Below are positions 44,975 to 56,269 of a stretch of 64,000 nucleotides of DNA, piece by piece. The stretch is from an uncultured Clostridia bacterium (GTDB lineage Bacteria > Bacillota > Clostridia > Christensenellales > UBA1242). The stretch spans positions 2,977-66,976 of the forward strand of contig CALWEM010000004.1 of NCBI GenBank assembly GCA_944377315.1, given 5' to 3'. The translations under genes were made by a program, and so were the position numbers. Under the pieces are notes generated by a model, which was given only the letters and a program-made list of their open reading frames with translations, was not told the origin of the DNA and made no database searches. The number at the start of each line of letters is the position of its first letter. Position 1 is the first letter of the stretch.

Positions 44975-47404
44975 ATGAATTATACTGAAATTGAAAAGAA
45001 ATGGAATAAAATTTGGGCAGACACCCAGTTATATAAATTTGATGACAAAAATCTTGACAAGAAATTTTATCTTCTTGAAATGTTTTCCTATCCAAGTGGG
45101 GCAAGTTTGCATCTTGGTCATTGGTGGAATTTTGGTCTTTCTGACAGTTTTGGCAGGTTTAAACGCCTTCAAGGATACAATGTTTTTCAACCAATGGGTT
45201 TTGATGCTTTTGGTCTTCCAGCGGAGAATTATGCCATCAGAACTGGTATTCATCCAGAAGACAGCACTCGCCACAACATCAAGGTTATGGAAGAGCAGTT
45301 GAAAGCAATGGGCGCAACATTCAACTGGGAATATGAACTCATCACTTGCAATCCAGATTACTATAAATGGACGCAATGGCTGTTTATTCAACTATATAAA
45401 AATGGACTTGCATATCAAAAAGAAGCGCCAGTGAACTTCTGTCCGTCTTGCAACACAATCATTGCCAATGAGCAAGTTGTGGATGGCGTTTGTGAAAGAT
45501 GTGGTTCAACCATTGTCAGAAAAAATATGAAACAATGGTTCTTCAAAATCACCAAATATGCTGAAGAACTCTTGTCAGGTCTTGACACGATTGATTGGCC
45601 GGAAAAAACAAAGGCTCTTCAACGAAATTGGATTGGTAAAAGTGTGGGCGCAGAAGTTGACTTCAAAGTGGAAGGAACAAACGAGAAACTCACTGTTTTC
45701 ACTTCGCGTGCTGACACTCTCTTTGGCGTGACATTTTTGGTTATTGCACCAGAACATAAACTTCTCAAAAAACTCATTAAGCCAGAGTGCAAAAAACAAG
45801 TGGAAGAATATATTTTGGTTTCTTCAAAAAAAGATGAAATCACAAGAACCAGCACAACTTCGCCAAAAACCGGTGTTTTCACTGGAACATATGTCATCAA
45901 TCCACTCACAAATGAAAGAGTGCCACTTTTTGTTGCGGACTATGTCATTTCAACCTATGCAACTGGAATTGTTATGGGTGTTGCTTGCCACGATTCTCGC
46001 GACTTTGATTTTGCCAAGAAATATAACTTGAAAACAAAGCAAGTCATTGAAAATAAAAACGGCGAAACTGTTTTGCCGTTCACTGAATATGGCAAACTTG
46101 TCAATTCTGGTGAATTTTCAGGTATGACAAGTGAAGAAGCAAAAACAAAAATCGTTGAAAAACTTGAAAAAATGGGTGAAGGGAGATTTAAAACAAACTA
46201 TAAACTTCACGATTGGTCGGTGGCTCGTCAAAGATATTGGGGTTGTCCAATTCCAATCATATATTGCGACCACTGCGGAACTGTTCCAGTTCCAGAAAAA
46301 GATTTGCCAGTCAAATTGCCTCATATAACCGACTATAAGCCAGATGGCTCTGGACCATTGGGTAAATGTGAAGAATATATGAACACCACCTGTCCAATTT
46401 GCGGGCGTCCAGCAAGACGCGAAGCGGACACTCTTGACACTTTTGTTTGCTCGTCATTCTATCAACTTCGCTATCCAGAGTCACTTCATAACGACAAAGA
46501 GATTTTCAATCGTGAATATGTCGACAAGATGCTTCCAGTTGATTGCTATGTCGGCGGTGTGGAACACGCAACGGGACACCTTCTCTATTCGCGTTTCATA
46601 ACCAAATTCTTGCGAGATATTGGCAAACTTGATTTTGACGAACCTTTCAAGCGTCTTTTCCACCAAGGTATGGTGCTTGGACCAGACGGCAAAAAAATGA
46701 GCAAGCGTAACACTTCGAAAACTGCTGATGAATATGTGAAAGAATATGGCAGTGACGCTCTTCGTCTTCATATGATGTTTTCACTTAAGTATGTTGACGG
46801 CGGAATTTGGAATGACGAAGGCATCAAACATATCAAGTCATTTATGGAAAGAGTGGAAAGAATTGTTCTCAAATGGCATAAGGAAAAGGGGACAAGCAAA
46901 AACTATGGCGAAAGCGAAAAAGAACTTGATTTTGTCCTTCACAGAACAATCAAAGAAGTTGCTGAAAATTTCGAAACCTTTTCATTTAACTCCGCGGTCG
47001 CAAGAATTATGGAACTTGTGAATGCGATGTATAAATATGACACTTTGAAAGAAAAAAACGGCGAACTTATGGAAAAAACTTTGAAAGACCTTCTTGTGAT
47101 TCTCTCTCCATCTGCTCCACATTTTGCTGAAGAACTTTGGGAACAAATTGGTGAGAAATATTCTGTTTTCAACCAAAGATATCCAAAGTTTGATGAAAAG
47201 AAAATTGTCCTTGACACTGTGGAAATTGCTGTTCAAATCAACAGTAAAATTGTGACAAGAATGAATATTGACACTTCGCTTTCAAATGAAGACCTTTTGA
47301 AGGTTGTTAAAGAAGATGAGAAAATTGCCTCACTCCTTGCTGGAAAAACGATTGTGAAGGAGATTGTTGTTCCAAAAAGAATTGTGAATTTGATTGTTAA
47401 GTAA
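44975..47404 (+). CDS. leuS: Leucine--tRNA ligase
   Basis: MFSYPSG.LHLGH (HIGH) and KMSKR (KMSKS) motifs, ~810 aa. GGAGG RBS before the ATG at 44975. Confidence 0.95.
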   Translation: MNYTEIEKKWNKIWADTQLYKFDDKNLDKKFYLLEMFSYPSGASLHLGHWWNFGLSDSFGRFKRLQGYNVFQPMGFDAFGLPAENYAIRTGIHPEDSTRHNIKVMEEQLKAMGATFNWEYELITCNPDYYKWTQWLFIQLYKNGLAYQKEAPVNFCPSCNTIIANEQVVDGVCERCGSTIVRKNMKQWFFKITKYAEELLSGLDTIDWPEKTKALQRNWIGKSVGAEVDFKVEGTNEKLTVFTSRADTLFGVTFLVIAPEHKLLKKLIKPECKKQVEEYILVSSKKDEITRTSTTSPKTGVFTGTYVINPLTNERVPLFVADYVISTYATGIVMGVACHDSRDFDFAKKYNLKTKQVIENKNGETVLPFTEYGKLVNSGEFSGMTSEEAKTKIVEKLEKMGEGRFKTNYKLHDWSVARQRYWGCPIPIIYCDHCGTVPVPEKDLPVKLPHITDYKPDGSGPLGKCEEYMNTTCPICGRPARREADTLDTFVCSSFYQLRYPESLHNDKEIFNREYVDKMLPVDCYVGGVEHATGHLLYSRFITKFLRDIGKLDFDEPFKRLFHQGMVLGPDGKKMSKRNTSKTADEYVKEYGSDALRLHMMFSLKYVDGGIWNDEGIKHIKSFMERVERIVLKWHKEKGTSKNYGESEKELDFVLHRTIKEVAENFETFSFNSAVARIMELVNAMYKYDTLKEKNGELMEKTLKDLLVILSPSAPHFAEELWEQIGEKYSVFNQRYPKFDEKKIVLDTVEIAVQINSKIVTRMNIDTSLSNEDLLKVVKEDEKIASLLAGKTIVKEIVVPKRIVNLIVK

Positions 47405-47442
47405 ATTCACTTTGATGTCAAATAAATAATTAAAATTGCAAC

Positions 47443-47471
47443 AAAAAAACACGGAACTTTCCGTGTTTTTT
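47443..47471. terminator. Bidirectional terminator between leuS and the convergent membrane protein gene
   Basis: aaaaaaacacggaa-cttt-ccgtgtttttt. Confidence 0.75.
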
Positions 47472-47475
47472 GATG

Positions 47476-48189
47476 TTATTTGTTGTTTTTATCGTCATCT
47501 TCATCAGTGATTTCTTGAATGTCATCAGCATTTTCTTCATCAGTTGTTTCTTCTTTAACTTCTTCTTGTTCTTCAACTTTTTCGTCTGCCACATCCGAAG
47601 ATTTTTCATCATTTTCTTCACTTAATTCTTCAGTTGTGTTTTCAGTCATATCTTCAATTTCTTCAACTTGTTCTTCTTGTGCGTCTTCAACTTTGTTTTC
47701 TTCTTCGTTTTCATCGCTGACTTCGATTTCTTTTTCAACTTCAACTTCGTTTATATCATCATTTTCATCAGCGTTTTCACTCACAACCACATTTTCAGAT
47801 TCTTTTTCATTCAAAGTTTTTTCAAGGTCCTCAACTTCTGTTTCCAAACTCTTAACATATGCAAGGTCGCTTTCTTTTTTCTTTTTGATGAGTGTGATGG
47901 TCAAGTAATAAATTCCAATTGTGATGGCAAAGAAGCCAAGTGTGATTAAGAATGAAGAATACAAGCAGGTGATTGCTTCAAGAGTTGAGCAGGTGTCCAT
48001 AATCATATAGAGCCAGCAGAAAATGGCAACGAATGGAAAGACAATGGTTGTGATGACTTTGATTAATGTTGATGCTTTGAAACTTCTTCTCAAAAGCACG
48101 ATTGCACCAGCAAGTGTGATAACCGTGAACACGATTGCCAAAATGAATGCTGCGTAACTTTCAGTTGACAAATTTGATAAATCTAACAT
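47476..48189 (-). CDS. Membrane protein (4 TM) with a long D/E-rich C-terminal tail
   Basis: GGAGG RBS. Hydrophobic N-terminal half and a highly acidic, low-complexity C-terminal half. Confidence 0.55.
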   Translation of the reverse strand: MLDLSNLSTESYAAFILAIVFTVITLAGAIVLLRRSFKASTLIKVITTIVFPFVAIFCWLYMIMDTCSTLEAITCLYSSFLITLGFFAITIGIYYLTITLIKKKKESDLAYVKSLETEVEDLEKTLNEKESENVVVSENADENDDINEVEVEKEIEVSDENEEENKVEDAQEEQVEEIEDMTENTTEELSEENDEKSSDVADEKVEEQEEVKEETTDEENADDIQEITDEDDDKNNK

Positions 48190-48316
48190 AATTAACCTCC
48201 AATTTATGTTATAATTTTACCACACTTTTTATTCATTGTCAATATTCATTTTGCAAATTTATAATATTTTTGATTTTTATTTGCAAATTTCCTTTGTTTT
48301 TTATTATAATATTTAT

Positions 48317-48964
48317 ATGAAAAGTAGGAAATCACTTTATTATTCCATTTTTTCTGTCGCAATTTTTTGTGCATTGGCAGTTGTCGTTGGACTGCTCATT
48401 TTTTATCTTGCTTCTCCAAATATCAAAGAAACGCCAAAAAATCTTGAAGTGCAGGTGATTGAAGGTGACTACTTTTTGATTACCGATATTAACCTCAATT
48501 ATCAATATCAATTTGTCATTGAAGAGAAAATTGACGGAGAATTTGTTGAAGTTTCGACAGTTTTGGAAGAAAAAAATATGACAAATTTGTCCAAAAACAA
48601 GGATATAATTTTGACCGCGGGCAGTGTTTTTCGTTTTAAAGCGTGCTATGTGAGCGAAAATGGTTCAACCGGCTCATATAGTGATTTTGAAGAGTGGACA
48701 ATCAAATATTCGCTGGATTTGGAGAATTTGAATTTATCGTTTAGTGAGAATATCCTTTCTTGGAACAGCGTTTTGAATGCAACTTCATATTCTCTCAAAA
48801 TTTTGAAGCCAAGTGGTGAAGAAGAGAATATATCAAATCTTGGAGTGACACAGTTTGATTTTTCTTCATATGAAAAAGGAGAATACGGCGTTTTTGTCAC
48901 AGCAAATGGTGATGAAAATTATCTTTCAGCAACTTCTTTAATATACTACTTCACACTTTCATAA
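48317..48964 (+). CDS. Hypothetical membrane-anchored protein (N-terminal TM, beta-rich ectodomain)
   Basis: Start at the ATG at 48317 (MKSRKSLYY...). No family recognised. Confidence 0.5.
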   Translation: MKSRKSLYYSIFSVAIFCALAVVVGLLIFYLASPNIKETPKNLEVQVIEGDYFLITDINLNYQYQFVIEEKIDGEFVEVSTVLEEKNMTNLSKNKDIILTAGSVFRFKACYVSENGSTGSYSDFEEWTIKYSLDLENLNLSFSENILSWNSVLNATSYSLKILKPSGEEENISNLGVTQFDFSSYEKGEYGVFVTANGDENYLSATSLIYYFTLS

Positions 48965-49005
48965 ACTTTGCACATATTTTTAAAATCTTAATTCATACTA
49001 CTTCT

Positions 49006-50442
49006 ATGAGCAGTATGAATTTTTTTAATATTGAAAATGAAATTAAAAAAATCAAAAAAGAACTCCATTATTCTTTTGATGTTTGTGACAGAATGTTGAA
49101 AAAAGAAAATGTCACAATCGGTTTTGTTTATCTCAAAAGTTTCACAGATAATCTCATTTTTTCCACTGCAATTTATGAGCCAATTTGTGCTTTGAAGGAA
49201 AATATTTCTTTTGAAAGTGTCAAAAGTGCGGTCTTTTCAAATGATGTGAAAGAGATAAAAAAAGATGAGATGGTGGAAAATATTTTGAAAGGTGCTGTGG
49301 TTGTTTTGATGAATAATGCCACTAAAATTTTGGCGGTGGATATTCAAAAATTCAATGCTCGCTCACCAAGTGAACCGCCAACCACGCCAGTTATTCAAGG
49401 TCCACGAGAAGGATTCACCGAAGATATCAAAACAAACATTGGACTTTTGAGAAAACGCTTTTACTCTGCTGATTTGGTTTTGAAAAATATGTCGGTTGGC
49501 AGGCGAACCAAAACGCAAGTGGTTATTTGCTTTCTTGACAGTGTTGTGGACAAAAAAATTGTTAGAGAAGTGGAAAAAAAGTTGAAAAAAATTGATATTG
49601 ACGGCGTTGTGGACAGTTATTATCTCATTCCTTTTCTTTCTTCGCGTCCAAATTCAATTTTTAAGCAGATTGGAAACACAGAAAAGCCGGATATCGTTTC
49701 TGCAAAGCTCTTGGAAGGGCGGGTGGCTATTATGGTTGACAATTCACCAATGGTTTTGACAGTGCCGTTTGTGGTTTTGGAAGAGTTGCAAAACACAAAT
49801 GATTACTACACCAATTATTTTTATGCCACTCTTCTTCGTTTCATTCGGCTTGTTGGTGTTTTGATTGCTGTGCTTGGACCGGGTGTTTATATCGCAATGC
49901 AACTTTTTCATTACAATGTTATGCCACTCAAATATCTCATCACAATCGCCGACAGCACACAACAAATTCCATTCACGCCTTTTATTGAAATCCTTTTCAT
50001 CTCATTGTTGTTCCAAATTTTGTATGAAGTCAGTTTGCGTCTGCCAAGTTATTTGGGGCTTGCCACATCCATTGTGGGCGCACTCATCTTGGGAGATACG
50101 GGCGTCAAAGCCGGCTTGATTTCTCCGCCGTCTGTTATTGTTGTCGCCATTGCCAAAATCGCATTATACACTGTGCCAGAGCAATCGGCACAAATAACCA
50201 TTCTTCAATTCATCTTCCTTCTTGTGGGAGCGTCTGTGGGACTTTTAGGGGTTGTGGGTGGTCTTATTTACATTATTTCTTACCTTAACTCCATTGAAAA
50301 TTTTGGAGCACCATATCTTGCGCCATTTTCACCTTTCATTTTGAAAGACAACAAGGACGGGCTTTTGCGTGTGCCGATAACATCAATGCGAGAACGCCCC
50401 TATTCTTTCAATGTGAAAAACAACAGGAGGTTGAAATCGTGA
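49006..50442 (+). CDS. Spore germination protein, GerA/GerKA (A-subunit) family
   Basis: EPPTTPVIQGPREGFTEDIKTNIGLLRKR and a C-terminal membrane domain typical of GerAA. Confidence 0.85.
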   Translation: MSSMNFFNIENEIKKIKKELHYSFDVCDRMLKKENVTIGFVYLKSFTDNLIFSTAIYEPICALKENISFESVKSAVFSNDVKEIKKDEMVENILKGAVVVLMNNATKILAVDIQKFNARSPSEPPTTPVIQGPREGFTEDIKTNIGLLRKRFYSADLVLKNMSVGRRTKTQVVICFLDSVVDKKIVREVEKKLKKIDIDGVVDSYYLIPFLSSRPNSIFKQIGNTEKPDIVSAKLLEGRVAIMVDNSPMVLTVPFVVLEELQNTNDYYTNYFYATLLRFIRLVGVLIAVLGPGVYIAMQLFHYNVMPLKYLITIADSTQQIPFTPFIEILFISLLFQILYEVSLRLPSYLGLATSIVGALILGDTGVKAGLISPPSVIVVAIAKIALYTVPEQSAQITILQFIFLLVGASVGLLGVVGGLIYIISYLNSIENFGAPYLAPFSPFILKDNKDGLLRVPITSMRERPYSFNVKNNRRLKS

Positions 50443-51530
50443 AAAATGACAGCATAAACATATGGCAAACGGGAATAATTTTGTTTATTTTGATTTTTGC
50501 CAACAAAATACTTTTGCTTCCATCGCTTTTTTATAACGAAGCCAAGGTGGAAGGCGTTTTTTGCTATCTTTTTCTCTTTCTGTTGGAGTTGTTTTTAATA
50601 ACACTTTTTGTTTTTTTGAAAAGAAAATACCCAAATTCCTCTTTTTCCAGCCTTATTCGTGAAAAATTGGGGGTGGTAACACTTAAAATTTTCTATGTTT
50701 TGTTTCTTTTATACTTTTTTTGCAAACTTGTTTTGATATATAACATAACCTATATTTTCTTTAAAGATTTAATATACAAAGACAATGACGCTTTTTTGTA
50801 TGTTATTTGCATCTTTCCAATCATAAACTTCCTTGCAGTGTCAAAAATGAGAGTTTTTGGAAGAACTGCACAAATTTTCTTTCCGCTTATTTTCATCATT
50901 CTCCTTATTTCTATTGTCTTATCTTTTATCGGCACAAAATCCACTCCGTTGCTTTTTCAAGGCAGTTTTTCAAGCATCTTTATTGGTTCTTTCAAGCATA
51001 TTTCTTCTTTTGGTGACAGCGTTTTTTTGATCATATTTTTCGACAAGATTGATTACAAGAAAAAAGACGGCAAAAAATTGTTCTTTATGAGTGTTTTTGC
51101 GATGATTTTGACACTTTTGATTGTGATTTCTTTTTATCTCTCCTACACATACACTTCCTTTATGCATCCATATGCCATTTTTGAAGTTCTTGGGAACATC
51201 AAGGACTATGGTGGGCTTGGAAGAGTCGATGTCATTTCTGTCATTTTGGTGATTTTTTTGACCTATCTTCAAATGGGATTATATTTAAAATGCTTCACGG
51301 AGAGCTTTTTGGTGGTTTTTCCAAAACTTTCCAATGTCTATGCGCTCGTCTCTTTTGATATTGCCTTTTTCTTTGTTGTTGAACTTGTCATCAGAAATTT
51401 GGAGAAGACGGTGCTGTATGGACAGAGTGTTTTGCCATATTTTTCGCTTGTTTCTTTTGGTCTTGTTCCAATTTTTTCCATTTTGTTTCTTCTGATGAAA
51501 AAAAAGGAGAAAAGTGATGGAAAAACTTAA
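50439..51530 (+). CDS. Spore germination protein, GerAB (B-subunit, APC-type permease) family
   Basis: ~10 TM protein. GTG start after AGGAGG. 4-nt overlap with the A subunit gene. Confidence 0.75.
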   Translation: MKNDSINIWQTGIILFILIFANKILLLPSLFYNEAKVEGVFCYLFLFLLELFLITLFVFLKRKYPNSSFSSLIREKLGVVTLKIFYVLFLLYFFCKLVLIYNITYIFFKDLIYKDNDAFLYVICIFPIINFLAVSKMRVFGRTAQIFFPLIFIILLISIVLSFIGTKSTPLLFQGSFSSIFIGSFKHISSFGDSVFLIIFFDKIDYKKKDGKKLFFMSVFAMILTLLIVISFYLSYTYTSFMHPYAIFEVLGNIKDYGGLGRVDVISVILVIFLTYLQMGLYLKCFTESFLVVFPKLSNVYALVSFDIAFFFVVELVIRNLEKTVLYGQSVLPYFSLVSFGLVPIFSILFLLMKKKEKSDGKT

Positions 51531-52755
51531 AAACAGCTTGAAATTATTTTTCAAAACGCCGATGCTTCTTGTTTTTGTCTTTATCACAATTTTCTATGGC
51601 GGTATGGCACTGGGCAAAGACGCCGAAGTGGACACATATGCTGTTGTGACGGCGATTGGTCTTGACAAAACCGAAGACGGCAAAATTTCGCTTTCACTGT
51701 TAACTTTTGTGCCAATTGTGACACAGAATTTTGCCGAGCAATATGAAGTTGTGGTGGCAGAAGGGCAAAGTTTGGCAGAAACTTTCGATTTTGCTGGACT
51801 TCATCTTGGACGGGAAATTGGTTTGTCGCACGCAAAACTTGTCGTTGTGAATGATGACTATTTTGAAAGCGATGTTTCAGTGGAACTTGACTTCCTTGTC
51901 CGAAACAAAAATCTTGCAATGTCCACTTCAATAATCGCCACTGACGCCAAAGCAAACGAGTTTTTGAATGTCATCAAGAGTTTTGACAGTGGAACATCAA
52001 TAAAAGCCGATGATTTACTCAAATTTAATGAAGACTATATATATTCGTTTGAAAGCACATTTGAAAGTTTTTATAAGGGCTTGTATAGTCCGACCAAAAG
52101 TGCAATGGTAACTTTTTTATCCTTGGTGGGTGAGAATGAAGAAGGAATTGCCATTCAAACATCGCAAGGAGAGCAAGGTGGAGAGAGTGGTTCTCAACAA
52201 GGACAGACAAAGAGAAAGATATTGAACGATGGACAGGCGATTTTGTGTCGAGAAGGTAAAAAGGTCGCACAAATTGACAAAGAGATGATGAAAAAAATCA
52301 ATCTTATTAAGGGTAATTATAACTATGGCTCAATTGTGATTGAAAATTTCACTGATGAACTTTTCCAAAATGCACGGCTGACTTTTGAAATTTTTGACAA
52401 TGTAACCACAATTAAAGCGGGGTTTTCAAATGGTGTTCCTGTTATATATCTGGATGTCAAACTGCTTGTGAAACTCAGCGAAGCGCGAGAGTATGATTTG
52501 GAAATCAAGGAAAATGTCGATTTCAAAAACATTTCCAAAAAGGCGATTAAAGAACTTGAATTCAAGGTGAAAAATGCGATAAGTGATGGCGTGCAACTGA
52601 TGCGAGAACATAAATGCGACCTTGCAGAAATCTACACAAAACTCAACAACACAAATCCTTCAAAGTGGCAGGAATTTCAAGAAAATCTTTCCGACAAGGA
52701 TGAATTTTTGAACTTTGTTGTTTTCAAAGTCAGTCCACAAATCTTTTCAAACTGA
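51514..52755 (+). CDS. Spore germination protein, Ger(x)C (C-subunit) family, without a recognisable lipobox
   Basis: AVVTAIGLDKTEDGKISLSL and overall length fit Ger(x)C. Third gene of the operon. The N-terminal hydrophobic segment lacks Cys. Confidence 0.7.
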   Translation: MMEKLKNSLKLFFKTPMLLVFVFITIFYGGMALGKDAEVDTYAVVTAIGLDKTEDGKISLSLLTFVPIVTQNFAEQYEVVVAEGQSLAETFDFAGLHLGREIGLSHAKLVVVNDDYFESDVSVELDFLVRNKNLAMSTSIIATDAKANEFLNVIKSFDSGTSIKADDLLKFNEDYIYSFESTFESFYKGLYSPTKSAMVTFLSLVGENEEGIAIQTSQGEQGGESGSQQGQTKRKILNDGQAILCREGKKVAQIDKEMMKKINLIKGNYNYGSIVIENFTDELFQNARLTFEIFDNVTTIKAGFSNGVPVIYLDVKLLVKLSEAREYDLEIKENVDFKNISKKAIKELEFKVKNAISDGVQLMREHKCDLAEIYTKLNNTNPSKWQEFQENLSDKDEFLNFVVFKVSPQIFSN

Positions 52756-52967
52756 AAAGAGAAATAAAATTTGACAAAATTTTTAAATTAATCCCTTTGT
52801 TTTGTTGTTTTTATTTTTCTTTTGTGATAAAATAACATAAGTATTGTTATATTCAGTATATCAATATATCCAAAAAGAAAGAAGATTGCTTTTGAATAAG
52901 TGATATTATTTTGAAATATTATATCTTATATGAGCAATTTTGATATTCACTTAATAAAGGAGATTTT

Positions 52968-55199
52968 ATGAACGAAAAGAAACAAGGTGGTTTCAAACTT
53001 TCCTATCTTATTGTTTTTTTGGTGGTTGTCCTTCTTTTGTGCCTTCTCTTTATTGATTTTGGTAATAATGGAAAGAAAATTGAATGGACACAAGCATATG
53101 ATATGGTGCAAAACGCAGTCGACCCAGAAGCCACTGATGAAGAAAAAGCAAGTTTTATCTATTTCCAAAATGGAACAGGTTACATCTTGGTTGTTGGCAG
53201 TAAATATGCTGAAAATCAAGTTCCAAATTATTCTGACTATTATTTTAGTTATGATGCAAACATCAAAGCCGAATTTGATGCTTTGTTTGCTGACGAAAAT
53301 TCAGCAATAAGAGACAGCGTGGGAATGGGTTACGCTCCTGCTGGTATAAGTTTTTGGGATATTCTCATTCCAATTCTCTATATTTGCTTTGCCGTGTTTG
53401 TTATTTGGATGATATACAGAATGATTGCTGGCACAAACAAGAGTGCTTTCAATTTTGGCAAAACAAAAGTTAAATCATACTCAATGAGCAAGGTGAAATT
53501 TGATGATATTGCTGGAATGGAAGAAGAAAAAGCCGAACTTCAAGAAATTGTGGAGTTTTTGAAAAATCCAAAAAAATTCACCGACCTTGGCGCAAGAATC
53601 CCAAAAGGTGTGCTTTTGGTTGGGCAACCGGGAACGGGTAAAACACTTTTGGCAAGAGCGGTTGCTGGCGAAAGTAAGGTGCCATTTATTTCAATAAGTG
53701 GTTCGGACTTTGTGGAAATGTTTGTCGGCGTTGGTGCTTCTCGTGTCAGAGATTTGTTTGACCAAGCAAAGAAAAACAAACCTTGCATCGTTTTTATTGA
53801 TGAAATCGATGCCGTTGGTCGTCAACGCGGTGCTGGTCTGGGTGGTGGAAATGATGAAAGAGAACAAACCTTGAACCAACTTCTTGTTGAAATGGACGGC
53901 TTTGAACCAAACGAAGGTATCATTGTGCTGGCTGCAACAAACCGTAGTGATGTTTTGGACCCGGCTCTTATGCGTCCGGGGCGTTTCGACCGACAAATTT
54001 ATGTTCATATTCCAGATGTGAAAGGAAGAGAAGGAATCCTTCGCATTCACGCAAGAAACAAACCAATTGATGAGAGCGTAGATTTTTCAGTGCTTGCTCG
54101 CATAACAAGCGGTTTCACTGGTGCTGACATTGAAAATATGCTTAACGAAAGTGCCATTCTTGCTGCTCGTGCCGGCAGACCAAAAATTATTATGGAAGAC
54201 ATCACGGAAGGCATCAACAAAGTCATTATGGGACCACAAAAGAAAAGTCACGTGATAACCGAAAAAGAAAGAAAACTCACTGCTTATCACGAAGCTGGGC
54301 ACACAATTTTGGCAAAATCTTTGAAACATTGTGATGATGTCCAAGAAGTTTCCATCATTCCGCGTGGAGGTGCTGGTGGTTACACAATGAGCAGACCTGA
54401 AAATGATGACCTTTTGATTAGTGTTGGTAAGGCAAATGACACAATTGCAATGAGTATGGGCGGAAGAATCGCCGAAGAAATTATCTTCAAAGATATCACA
54501 AGCGGTGCTTCAAGCGATATTCAACAAGCCACAAAACTTGCTCACGCAATGGTGTATGAATGGGGTATGAGCAAAAAAATCGGTTTCCTTGCACTTTCTT
54601 CAAATGGTGAAGTTTTCATCGGCAGAGATTATCAACAAAGAAATGCCTTCTCTGAAAAACTTGCTGGAATTGCTGATGATGAAATTATGGCAATTTTGAA
54701 TTCGAATTATAAGCGTGCAAAAGAAATTTTGACTGACAAGATTGACATTTTGCACGAAATGGCAAAACTTTTGATGGAGAGAGAAACAATATATAAAGAA
54801 GAAGTTGATATGGTGATGGCTGGCAAGAAGACGGATGAAATTGTCAAATTTATGGAAAAGAAAGAAAAAGAACAAAAAGTAAAGGAAGAAAAGATAAGAC
54901 AAGAAAAAGCACGCCTTGACAAGATTCGTGCATACGAAAATAAGATTAAGGAAGGTGAGCGTCTTGTGAATGCAGGTGTTTTGTCGAAAGAAGAACTCAC
55001 ACAAATCAAGAAGGAATATGAAAACTTCAAAAAAGAATTCGACAAAAACTTGAAAGATGACAAAGATGAAGTTGTTTCTGCTGAAAAAAGTGATGACAAG
55101 AGTGCAGAAAAGAAAGATGAAGAAGTGAAAGAAATTGAAAAAGTTGAACAAGACAACAAAGTGAATGACGAAAAGAAAACTGATAAGAAAGAGGACTAG
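52968..55199 (+). CDS. ftsH: ATP-dependent zinc metalloprotease FtsH with a ~130-aa K/E-rich C-terminal extension
   Basis: [20 protein letters not shown], the HEAGH zinc motif and two N-terminal TM segments. Confidence 0.95.
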   Translation: MNEKKQGGFKLSYLIVFLVVVLLLCLLFIDFGNNGKKIEWTQAYDMVQNAVDPEATDEEKASFIYFQNGTGYILVVGSKYAENQVPNYSDYYFSYDANIKAEFDALFADENSAIRDSVGMGYAPAGISFWDILIPILYICFAVFVIWMIYRMIAGTNKSAFNFGKTKVKSYSMSKVKFDDIAGMEEEKAELQEIVEFLKNPKKFTDLGARIPKGVLLVGQPGTGKTLLARAVAGESKVPFISISGSDFVEMFVGVGASRVRDLFDQAKKNKPCIVFIDEIDAVGRQRGAGLGGGNDEREQTLNQLLVEMDGFEPNEGIIVLAATNRSDVLDPALMRPGRFDRQIYVHIPDVKGREGILRIHARNKPIDESVDFSVLARITSGFTGADIENMLNESAILAARAGRPKIIMEDITEGINKVIMGPQKKSHVITEKERKLTAYHEAGHTILAKSLKHCDDVQEVSIIPRGGAGGYTMSRPENDDLLISVGKANDTIAMSMGGRIAEEIIFKDITSGASSDIQQATKLAHAMVYEWGMSKKIGFLALSSNGEVFIGRDYQQRNAFSEKLAGIADDEIMAILNSNYKRAKEILTDKIDILHEMAKLLMERETIYKEEVDMVMAGKKTDEIVKFMEKKEKEQKVKEEKIRQEKARLDKIRAYENKIKEGERLVNAGVLSKEELTQIKKEYENFKKEFDKNLKDDKDEVVSAEKSDDKSAEKKDEEVKEIEKVEQDNKVNDEKKTDKKED

Positions 55200-55204
55200 G
55201 ATAG

Positions 55205-56017
55205 ATGGAAGAAAAAGAAGTAATGAAAGAAATTGAAGAAAAAGAAGTGGTTTCAACAGTTGAGAATCAAGAAGATGGCAAAAAAGTCAATGAAACCGAA
55301 ACTCGGGAAGTAAAGAATGAAAAAGTGACTGATGAAGAACTTTATGCAAAAATTCAAACTGAAAAAATGCTTAAAAATCAAAAAATCAAAAAGATATCAA
55401 TAATTTCAGTTTTGTCTGTTGTTTTTGCTCTTGCTGTTGTCATCATTTGCTTGGCTTCAATTCCACTCAATTTGAAACCGGTGTTTTTGAACCAAGATTA
55501 TGTGGCAAAGGTGTTTATCGGTGGCGAGTCATATGCTGGCACACTTTCAAATGACACCAATCAAGAAGAGTATAACAAACTCCGAGAACTTGTGGACAGT
55601 GCTTTCAACCAAACATATTTTTCTGGGCTTTTCAATGGAAGTTTGTCAAACTATAACTTTACAGAATCCAGAACGCCATATTCAACTTTCCTTGACACTC
55701 TCAAAAATGACAAAGAAAGCAACTATGTGACATTTGAATTTAGCCAAGAGCAAACTCTCAAAAATCGTGACGGAAGTGTCTACGAGTCAACAAGAAGCAC
55801 AAGAGTCAAATCTTTCAAATTCACAAATGTTTATATGCAACTTTCTGACAAGGAAGGTGACAATAATGTGACTTTCTATGTTGTGGTGCAATATATTAAC
55901 ACTTCAACTGGTGAAAGCATTGACGAAAAAACAAAAGATTATGTCATCAAAATGACGACTGTTGGTCAAACTTATCCAATTTTTGAACATTTTAATCCAA
56001 ATGATGATGCTGAATAA
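55205..56017 (+). CDS. Hypothetical membrane-anchored protein (acidic N-terminus, one TM, extracytoplasmic domain)
   Basis: ORF directly after ftsH. No family recognised. Confidence 0.5.
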   Translation: MEEKEVMKEIEEKEVVSTVENQEDGKKVNETETREVKNEKVTDEELYAKIQTEKMLKNQKIKKISIISVLSVVFALAVVIICLASIPLNLKPVFLNQDYVAKVFIGGESYAGTLSNDTNQEEYNKLRELVDSAFNQTYFSGLFNGSLSNYNFTESRTPYSTFLDTLKNDKESNYVTFEFSQEQTLKNRDGSVYESTRSTRVKSFKFTNVYMQLSDKEGDNNVTFYVVVQYINTSTGESIDEKTKDYVIKMTTVGQTYPIFEHFNPNDDAE

Positions 56018-56119
56018 TGCTGTTTTGAAAAAGATTGCTTGAAAACTTTTGAGCAGTCTTTTTTCTCTTTCATATTCCAATTTATGATATATTTTGTGTA
56101 TTATTCCATCAAATTCACA

Positions 56120-56151
56120 GCATACCACCACAATATGTTGTGTGATATGCA
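56120..56151. repeat. REP-like palindrome, copy d (inverted orientation)
   Basis: gcataccaccacaatatgttgtgtgatatgca is close to the reverse complement of copy c. Confidence 0.75.
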
Positions 56152-56234
56152 AATTTAAGTTAATTGAAATTTTCGTCTTTGAAAATAAAATTTGTGGCTC
56201 TTTAAAAATTTTTGGATAAATCTTTGAAAAATCC

Positions 56235-56263
56235 TTGACTTTTAGTTTCCTATGTGATAAAAT
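56235..56263 (+). promoter_or_regulatory. Promoter of the rplJL operon
   Basis: TTGACT, 17-nt spacer, extended -10 TGATAAAAT. Confidence 0.6.
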
Positions 56264-56269
56264 GTCAAA

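Noticed and set aside
48970-49000. Sigma-G-like -10 box CATACTA (48994..49000) upstream of the gerA-type operon.
   Set aside because: It ends only 5 nt before the annotated start codon, and the -35 match is poor. It would leave no leader or RBS for the conserved GerAA N-terminus.
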